Both the position numbers and the translations under genes were made by a program. A DNA stretch of 5,424 bases from Paramicrosporidium saccamoebae KSL3 (Eukaryota; Fungi; Cryptomycota). The stretch covers positions 1 through 5,424 of the forward strand of contig MTSL01000004.1 of the NCBI GenBank assembly GCA_002794465.1, in the 5' to 3' direction. The notes beneath the pieces are model-generated. The model did not search any database. It saw only the letters and a list, made by a program, of their open reading frames with translations, and was not told the DNA's origin. Below, piece by piece: positions 1 through 5,267 of this stretch (the first letter of the stretch is position 1; each line of letters starts with the position of its first letter).

Positions 1-1383
1 GATGATTCTGCGTTGGAGGTTGTACAGAAACTTGCAATTGGATGTGGACGGTACAAGATTTCCGTGGACAGCGTCAGTGCCGGTTGTTGGGCCCTCGTGT
101 CTGGCGTGGATGGATCCATCGTCAAGACTGCCACGTTGGTGGATCCCGAATCGCCCTTCCAGTCAGTCTTTAGACCGCTAAGTATGAAGAACCGCCCCCT
201 TTTCAAAGTTGCCATTGAGCCTATCACGCCGTCGGAATTGCCCAAAATGCTGGATGGACTCCGCAAAATCAGTAAAACATATCCACTTCTGACCACCAAA
301 GTGGAGGATTCGGGCGAACACACTGTCCTGGGATGTGGCGAGTTGTATATGGATTGCGCGCTGTATGATCTCCGTCGACTCTATTCCGAAGTTGAAATTA
401 AAGTGGCTGATCCGGTGGCCAAGTTTAACGAGACAGTGGTAGAGTCGAGCTATTTAAAGTGTTTTGCAGAGACGCCCAATGAGCGCAACCGAATTACAAT
501 GATAGCCGAGCCATTGGAAAAGGGTCTCGCTGATGCATTAGAGGCTGGACGACTCCCATCACCCAAGGACGGCGTGGAGCATGCCAAAGAGTTGGCGAGG
601 ATTCTCCAAGACGAATTCGGATGGGACATTCTTGCCGCGCGGTCAGTTTGGGCATTTGGCCCTGACGAGCGGCTTGGACCAAACATTCTTATTGATGATA
701 CGCTTCCCTCAGAAGTGGACAAGGAAGCCCTAAAGACGGTCAAGGACTATTTAGTCCAAGGATTCCAATGGGCCAATCGGGAAGGTCCCTTGTGTGAAGA
801 ACAGGTGCGGGGAGTAAAATTCAAGCTCATTGACGCTGTAATTGCCGACGAAGCTGCTCATCGCGGGGCGGGACAACTCATCCCAACGGCCCGAAGGGCG
901 TGCTACTCGGCCCTCCTAACTGCAACTCCACGACTAATGGAGCCGGTGCTCTTTGTCGAGATTCAAACTCAGAATGACTTTGTGGAGGCCGTCTACAATG
1001 TCCTTGCTAAGCGTCGAGGTCATGTCACCCACGATGCTCCCAAGGCAGGAAGTCCCCTTTATGTCATCCGGGCCTATTTGCCCCTACTCGACTCATTCGG
1101 CTTTGAGACGGATCTACGGATCCACACCCACGGCATGGCCTTTTCCCAATCTCGCTTCGACCATTGGCAGATTGTACCTGGCGACCCCCTAGACCGACAG
1201 ATCAAACTGATTCCCCTGGAACCCAGTGCGGCCCCGCAGCTGGCACGCGATTGTCTGCTAAAAACGAGGAGGCGGAAAGGCCTGGCAGAAGATGTGGCGA
1301 TTAGCAAGTTTTTTGATCCGCAAATGTTGGACGAGCTTGCCAGAGAGGATGCTATCAGCGGGATCAAAGAGCTGTCATTTTAA
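1..1383 (+). CDS. SNU114: U5 snRNP 116-kDa spliceosomal GTPase Snu114/EFTUD2 (EF-2-like), 5'-partial: end of domain II plus domains III-V
   Basis: Frame 1 is open from base 1 (GAT GAT TCT GCG TTG...), so the TTG at 13 is not a true start and the GTPase domain lies upstream of the window. Motifs match Snu114/EFTUD2 rather than EF-2: [105 protein letters not shown], and the Snu114-specific tail [39 protein letters not shown]. Stop TAA at 1381-1383. No intron needed. Confidence 0.97.
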   Translation, partial: DDSALEVVQKLAIGCGRYKISVDSVSAGCWALVSGVDGSIVKTATLVDPESPFQSVFRPLSMKNRPLFKVAIEPITPSELPKMLDGLRKISKTYPLLTTKVEDSGEHTVLGCGELYMDCALYDLRRLYSEVEIKVADPVAKFNETVVESSYLKCFAETPNERNRITMIAEPLEKGLADALEAGRLPSPKDGVEHAKELARILQDEFGWDILAARSVWAFGPDERLGPNILIDDTLPSEVDKEALKTVKDYLVQGFQWANREGPLCEEQVRGVKFKLIDAVIADEAAHRGAGQLIPTARRACYSALLTATPRLMEPVLFVEIQTQNDFVEAVYNVLAKRRGHVTHDAPKAGSPLYVIRAYLPLLDSFGFETDLRIHTHGMAFSQSRFDHWQIVPGDPLDRQIKLIPLEPSAAPQLARDCLLKTRRRKGLAEDVAISKFFDPQMLDELAREDAISGIKELSF

Positions 1384-1387
1384 TAAA
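1382..1387 (+). terminator. Putative polyadenylation signal AATAAA overlapping the SNU114 stop codon
   Basis: TAATAAATCA at 1381-1390: the stop TAA and the AATAAA hexamer share bases. The same AATAAATCA context recurs after ERD2. Confidence 0.55.
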
Positions 1388-1508
1388 TCAGTTTAAGCAG
1401 TTCAACGATTTTTAAATGGTTCAAATGACCTTTGAATGATTTGTAAGCGTTTACAAACTGTCTAAACATTATCCATAACCTATCTACAATCCGTCCACAA
1501 ACTGTCTA
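1385..1508. repeat. Degenerate 10-11-bp tandem repeat / phased AA array in the convergent intergenic region
   Basis: Five 11-bp units at 1454-1508: CAAACTGTCTA, AACATTATCCA, TAACCTATCTA, CAATCCGTCCA, CAAACTGTCTA. ACAAACTGTCTA is exact at 1453-1464 and 1497-1508. AA runs start at 1385, 1395, 1404, 1414, 1423, 1435, 1445, 1455, 1464, 1477, 1488 and 1499. Confidence 0.6.
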
Positions 1509-1586
1509 CAGAGTTTAATATTCTCAAAGAGAACACTACCCAAACAGTCACATCCTCCCCCCAACAAGTCTCATTTAAAGGCAAGT

Positions 1587-1592
1587 TTTATT
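1587..1592 (-). terminator. Putative polyadenylation signal AATAAA for the RXT3-like gene
   Basis: The minus strand reads TAG ATAGA AATAAA ACTTG, placing the hexamer 5 nt after the stop codon (plus strand TTTATT at 1587-1592). Confidence 0.55.
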
Positions 1593-1597
1593 TCTAT

Positions 1598-2719
1598 CTA
1601 TACAGCTGTGGGAATCCATCGATATCCACTAATTTTGAGGAATGTAGTGTTGATAACAAGGCCATCCTCCGTCCATCCGATTTCATTCCACTTTAGTCCT
1701 TCAAACATTTGCATCTCTCCCTTCCAGACACCATAACCATTGTCCGTATGGCGTACAGTGTACACGGCAGATCCTTCCAACTGCAACGCCTTTCCTCCTA
1801 GACTAATCTTGACACGTGGTAATTGCAATAACAAATCAGAATACTCCATCAGAGGTGCCATTAGATGACCAGAGAAGCGAATCGTGCAGCCAGGAAGACG
1901 AGGCGAGGGACTCGTCTTGCGTCGAGCACGTGCTGCACTACCCTGGGCAGCCACAAATCGTATGCTGAGGCCGGTGTGAATCATCCACTCCCGAGACTTG
2001 ACGCCGTTCATGTCAATGGATGGATAGTGCAGTTGTCGGGGGGCCACCTGGAACGTTGCCTTTACAAACTTTGAATTCTGGGGTACAGTGAATCCCAAAT
2101 GGCAAAGGACACAGACTGGATCCGAATCGTCAGTGTAAAGGCCATCAGCACCGCCCCAAAATGCACGCTTACCCAGTGCAACATTTCTGGTCACGTTGAA
2201 CATTTCCACCGGAATCCTGACATCCAAAAACGCATTTAAGCTACCCGCACCTGTCTTGAACAGTGGCTTGAATGTTCTGTATTCGACACATCCCAATCTG
2301 ACATGTAGCATTTCGTTTCGTTGTTCAAACTCTACAGCCATCGCTTTTTCGCTACGCATCCAGCTCCTGGACTCGCTCTTTCCAACACTCATCGTCTGAC
2401 TTCTTGCCTCGTCCTGTCGCTCAACGGTCATTGCTGGATTTTTCAACTCTTCGTCGGCCATTGGTCGATTCAAACCGCATTCCAAATTGGGAGAAGCAGA
2501 GCACCAATCACGATCGGCTTCCCCATCTGCCGCCTCTGGCACAACGACAATTGATCTCTTGACAATATCATGGGTAGTGGAGGATGCACTGAAACTGCCT
2601 CCAGCCGAGCGGGGGATCCGGATAAGGAAGCGTCCGGGTTCTGCGTCGTGCTCATCAGTCTTGCTGGAAGAATGATCCACGGTGGATTCAACAGATAATA
2701 CAGGCGTTTCCTTTAGCAT
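1598..2719 (-). CDS. RXT3: Rxt3-family histone deacetylase (Rpd3L/Sin3) complex subunit with LCCL-like Rxt3 domain, about 373 aa from the first ATG
   Basis: Contains the Rxt3 signature N..L.KR.FWG....YTDDSDPV.VL.HLG (WG...YTDDSD at about 2158-2120), then V.P....YPS...NGVKSR.W..H.G.S. The C-terminal block I.F......P...YS...W.EI.W.EDG..I resembles fungal and plant Rxt3-like proteins. The N-terminus is low-complexity and Ser/Glu-rich. The ORF track starts at TTG 2758, but the first in-frame ATG is 2719 (in-frame stop at 2779-2777), so the start is uncertain. Confidence 0.85.
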   Translation of the reverse strand: MLKETPVLSVESTVDHSSSKTDEHDAEPGRFLIRIPRSAGGSFSASSTTHDIVKRSIVVVPEAADGEADRDWCSASPNLECGLNRPMADEELKNPAMTVERQDEARSQTMSVGKSESRSWMRSEKAMAVEFEQRNEMLHVRLGCVEYRTFKPLFKTGAGSLNAFLDVRIPVEMFNVTRNVALGKRAFWGGADGLYTDDSDPVCVLCHLGFTVPQNSKFVKATFQVAPRQLHYPSIDMNGVKSREWMIHTGLSIRFVAAQGSAARARRKTSPSPRLPGCTIRFSGHLMAPLMEYSDLLLQLPRVKISLGGKALQLEGSAVYTVRHTDNGYGVWKGEMQMFEGLKWNEIGWTEDGLVINTTFLKISGYRWIPTAV

Positions 2720-2986
2720 CGAGTAGTGTAGATAGCTTGGTTTCCAAAATGCTGCCAAGGGGGGTGTTTGAAAAGGTCAAAGGACAAGTACGATTATTGT
2801 TTGTCTTGCCAACACCTGACTGTGCTTGGCAATGGATGTTTTCTGTTTGTAACTGAACGTCAGAGTCTCGTTGCACACAAGACTATTAGAGTTTAGACAA
2901 GAAAGATTGAAAATTGCTCTCAGGACGTGGAATGAAGACTTGCACTGTGCACTGACACGCCTCCTTGTCGATCGCCACTTGCTAAA

Positions 2987-3063
2987 ATTGGCCGACTATA
3001 TGATTGGCCCGCTGTTTGCAGTTTCGGGTGGCATTCCTCCCATTGGTGGACACCCCTCATTGG
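2987..3063. promoter_or_regulatory. Cluster of four ATTGG (CCAAT-box) motifs in the divergent RXT3/ERD2 promoter region
   Basis: ATTGG at 2987-2991, 3003-3007, 3042-3046 and 3059-3063, all in one orientation, within the 375-bp head-to-head interval 2720-3094. Function is inferred only from the motif. Confidence 0.4.
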
Positions 3064-3094
3064 CTGTCACCGTAATTCAGCGGCCCCACGAACA

Positions 3095-3793
3095 ATGACG
3101 ACGCCGAGTGGTTCCTTCAACTTGTTCCGTCTTTTCGGGGACCTGCTCCACGTCGCCTCCATCTTTCTGCTATGGACGAAAATCCACAAGACGCGAAGCT
3201 GCGCTGGTCTGTCCCTAAAATCGCAGATACTCTTCCTAAGCGTCTACATGACACGTTATCTGGACCTGTTTGTCTTCATCTTCCACCGAATTGACCTGTA
3301 CCATTTGTACAACTTTGTCATGAAGTGTCTCTTTATCGGTTCCCAGGCGGCTGTCATTTACTACATGTGGTTCCGCTATCGTCCCACATACAACGCAAAA
3401 CTCGATACGGTGCGTCCTGAATTCATTGTGCTGCCCTGTCTGGTGCTGTCGTTCTTCTTTTTTGAGGCTGACCCGCGTGCCAACTCTCTTTATTATGTAC
3501 GCGAGTACTTTTGGACCTTTTCCATTCTCCTTGAAAGCGTGGCAATCCTTCCACAAATGTTCCTGCTGTCAAACACGGGCGAAGCAGAAAGCATCACCAC
3601 CCATTATCTGCTCTGCTTGGGATTGTATCGTGCCTTTTACCTGCTGAATTGGATATGGCGCTTTATATTCTACCGCTCGCCAGAGGCCGTGGTGGTGCTG
3701 GCTGGTATCCTCCAGACTGCCCTGTATTCCGACTTTTTCTACATTTATTATAAGCGCGTGTTTAGTGGTAGAGCATTCAAGCTACCCATCTAA
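3095..3793 (+). CDS. ERD2: ER lumen protein-retaining receptor (HDEL/KDEL receptor, ERD2 family), 232 aa
   Basis: Matches the family along its full length: NLFRLFGDLLH, SCAGLSLKSQILF..VY.TRYLDLF, MK..FI, Y....DT.R.EFIVLP, WTFSILLESVAILPQM.LL..TGEAESIT.HYL..LG.YRAFYLLNWIWR, AGILQTALYSDFFYIYY, and a yeast-like tail G..FKLP. It has multiple hydrophobic TM segments. ATG 3095, TAA 3791-3793. Confidence 0.97.
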   Translation: MTTPSGSFNLFRLFGDLLHVASIFLLWTKIHKTRSCAGLSLKSQILFLSVYMTRYLDLFVFIFHRIDLYHLYNFVMKCLFIGSQAAVIYYMWFRYRPTYNAKLDTVRPEFIVLPCLVLSFFFFEADPRANSLYYVREYFWTFSILLESVAILPQMFLLSNTGEAESITTHYLLCLGLYRAFYLLNWIWRFIFYRSPEAVVVLAGILQTALYSDFFYIYYKRVFSGRAFKLPI

Positions 3794-3812
3794 ACTGGGG
3801 ATGGATGGCCTA

Positions 3813-3818
3813 AATAAA
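3813..3818 (+). terminator. Putative polyadenylation signal AATAAA for ERD2
   Basis: AATAAA lies 19 nt after the ERD2 stop, in the context AATAAATCA, the same as after SNU114. Confidence 0.55.
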
Positions 3819-3853
3819 TCATAAGTGTGGATTTACTATGGTACATACGAGTA

Positions 3854-4025
3854 AGAGGGCGGAGGGTCTAATCAAGTGTTAGGAGGCGGAGATCCTAATC
3901 AAGTGTTAGGGGGGGAGGGTTTAATCAAGTGTTAGGGGGCGGAGATTCTAATCAAGTGTTAGGGGGCGGAGGGCCTAATCGAATTTGAGGTGCCTAATCG
4001 AATGTGGGGTGCCTAATCGGGGGGT
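3854..4025. repeat. G-rich composite minisatellite: about 4.7 x 27-bp units followed by about 2.7 x 19-bp units
   Basis: 27-bp units: 3854-3880 AGAGGGCGGAGGGTCTAATCAAGTGTT; 3881-3907 AGGAGGCGGAGATCCTAATCAAGTGTT; 3908-3933 (26 bp) AGGGGGGGAGGGTTTAATCAAGTGTT; 3934-3960 AGGGGGCGGAGATTCTAATCAAGTGTT; 3961 onward AGGGGGCGGAGGGCCTAATC. 19-bp units: GCCTAATCGAATTTGAGGT (3973), GCCTAATCGAATGTGGGGT (3992), GCCTAATCGGGGGGT (4011). Confidence 0.95.
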
Positions 4026-4100
4026 ACCCTCTGTCACCTGATCGGTCCTTGCTGCCTATTGAATTGCATTTGTGGCTGAGTCGAATTATTTTTACCTGAC

Positions 4101-5267
4101 ATGAAAATACCACTCCTCGCATTGGGTCTTTCCATCCTGGTAAAGTTTATATGTGGTGCCCCGCAGCCTCTTACCAAAGAGCAATTGCTCCATACTCTGA
4201 GTGAGTTTCAGAATAGCGTGGAAATTGCCATCGAGCTTGGCAATAGCGAGCTTCTTGAGCATATTTTTGCCACAAGGACAATGGCAGAGTGTGTGTGGTA
4301 TTATGTCAAATATTGCGATACCCCGTGGTGTATTGATGCTAATCTAATTTCGAGTGAAGATTTGTTACAGAACCTTCCCTCCATTCTAATTGCTGACAAT
4401 CCCAAAGTTCTTGACCATTTAACACCCTCCTTACGTGTCACCGTGCTAACACTAAGCAATCTGGCCACTTATGACGCCGTCAATCTTGCAAAAACGCTAC
4501 CCGACTTGTCCGAATTTGCCGCTACAGACTTGCAGCAGTTAAATCCTGTGCGGATTATCGAATTACAAGCGCAGCGTGGGACCTACGATTTCGACTTGAC
4601 AATTGCTATCCAAACCGAAAATATTGGAGCGCTCCAAGACTACATTGCTGCGGGTATTTGGACACCATGCATGGATGCTGTGCGCACAGCGGCCAACTAT
4701 AACTCACAGGAAACTGTACGGTTTCTTTTGAGCGAATTGAAAAGACCTGATACCCTGCATCCCTTAACTGAGAATGACTGTATAGATTCCACCGAATATA
4801 AAAGCTCTTCCCATCTTGGAGGGATGGTGTGCCAGGAAGATGTTGATGATGCTACCAGACTTGGGCTTTTGCCAATTTTAAAATGGTATAGCTTTTTTGA
4901 TCCCGAAATGCCTCAGCCAAGCGCAAAAGCGCTGAAAAAAGGCTGCGAATTGAACAATTTTGAGCTGTTCGAATGGGTCTTGGAGCGATACTATCAGAAA
5001 TGCTTATATTCGTTTAAGTCTAACTGGCTACTGAGCCAAAAGGGTGTCGACGGCGCCGCTATGCAAGGGTGTGTAAGCGTATTGGAATGGAATGAATGTG
5101 TAAATCGCAAAACGTGGCAGCCGACTGTTGCCGCGTTGGATGTTGCTTGTGGATCTGGACATTCAAAAGTCATCATGTGGCTCATGAACAAAGTCCGTCG
5201 CAAAAGCGTCGCCGTGATCATTCAACTATTACTCGTCCTGCAGTGTTTTACAAGTATATACAAATAG
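4101..5267 (+). CDS. Hypothetical secreted protein with degenerate ankyrin-like repeats, 388 aa
   Basis: Long ATG-initiated ORF. The N-terminus MKIPLLALGLSILVKFICG/A looks like a signal peptide. Repeated helix-turn-helix ankyrin-like motifs: VEIAIELGNSELLEHIF, LTIAIQTENIGALQDYI, VRTAANYNSQETVRFLL, VDDATRLGLLPILKWY, LKKGCELNNFELFEWVL, VDGAAMQGCVSVLEW, LDVACGSGHSKVIMWLM. No specific family recognised. The true C-terminus is less certain because no AATAAA follows the stop. Confidence 0.75.
   Translation: MKIPLLALGLSILVKFICGAPQPLTKEQLLHTLSEFQNSVEIAIELGNSELLEHIFATRTMAECVWYYVKYCDTPWCIDANLISSEDLLQNLPSILIADNPKVLDHLTPSLRVTVLTLSNLATYDAVNLAKTLPDLSEFAATDLQQLNPVRIIELQAQRGTYDFDLTIAIQTENIGALQDYIAAGIWTPCMDAVRTAANYNSQETVRFLLSELKRPDTLHPLTENDCIDSTEYKSSSHLGGMVCQEDVDDATRLGLLPILKWYSFFDPEMPQPSAKALKKGCELNNFELFEWVLERYYQKCLYSFKSNWLLSQKGVDGAAMQGCVSVLEWNECVNRKTWQPTVAALDVACGSGHSKVIMWLMNKVRRKSVAVIIQLLLVLQCFTSIYK

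Noticed and set aside
13-15. TTG start for SNU114 suggested by the ORF track; likewise TTG 2758 for RXT3
   Set aside because: The SNU114 frame is open to the window edge and lacks the GTPase domain, so the gene is simply 5'-truncated. Near-cognate starts are unnecessary in a eukaryote when an ATG (2719) is available.
840-900. EF-2 (diphthamide loop-like [10 protein letters not shown]) as an alternative identity
   Set aside because: This His-containing motif is also present in EFTUD2/Snu114, and the flanking motifs and C-terminal extension are Snu114-specific.
1551-1566. Minus-strand TGTTGGGGGGAGGATG resembling unit 3 of the G-rich array
   Set aside because: The similarity rests mostly on a G homopolymer (low complexity) and lacks the TAATCAAG core.
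2752-2791. Possible 40-nt minus-strand intron (GTACTT...TTGAC...CAG) extending RXT3 upstream
   Set aside because: The upstream exon frame (ORF-track 2688..2876) contains no ATG before a stop at 2885-2883, so splicing gains no start codon.
3855-3988. The repeat read as a 9-aa coding repeat (GGG[GD][SPF]NQVL) in the one stop-free frame of the unit
   Set aside because: There is an in-frame TAA at 3852-3854, no ATG, a 1-bp deletion in unit 3 that shifts the frame, and non-synonymous unit variation. The other five frames contain a stop in the unit.
3854-4025. CRISPR-like look (identical 15-bp core with variable intervening sequence and a hairpin)
   Set aside because: The linkers are only 11-12 nt and are homologous to each other rather than unique spacers. 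The context is eukaryotic and there are no cas genes.
3840-4027. GGTAC on both sides of the array (3840-3844, 4023-4027) as a possible target-site duplication of a MITE
   Set aside because: There are no terminal inverted repeats and no transposase, and a 5-bp match near loosely defined boundaries is easily due to chance.
3838-4100. Possible 5' micro-exon (ATG 3838) and intron GTAAGA 3851...AG 4080 containing the array, splicing in frame to the ankyrin ORF; CTAAT resembles a branch point
   Set aside because: The acceptor is GAG rather than YAG, the ATG is only about 20 nt past the ERD2 poly(A) signal, and the extension would displace a good signal peptide. Being in frame has a 1-in-3 chance. 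Only cDNA could rescue it.
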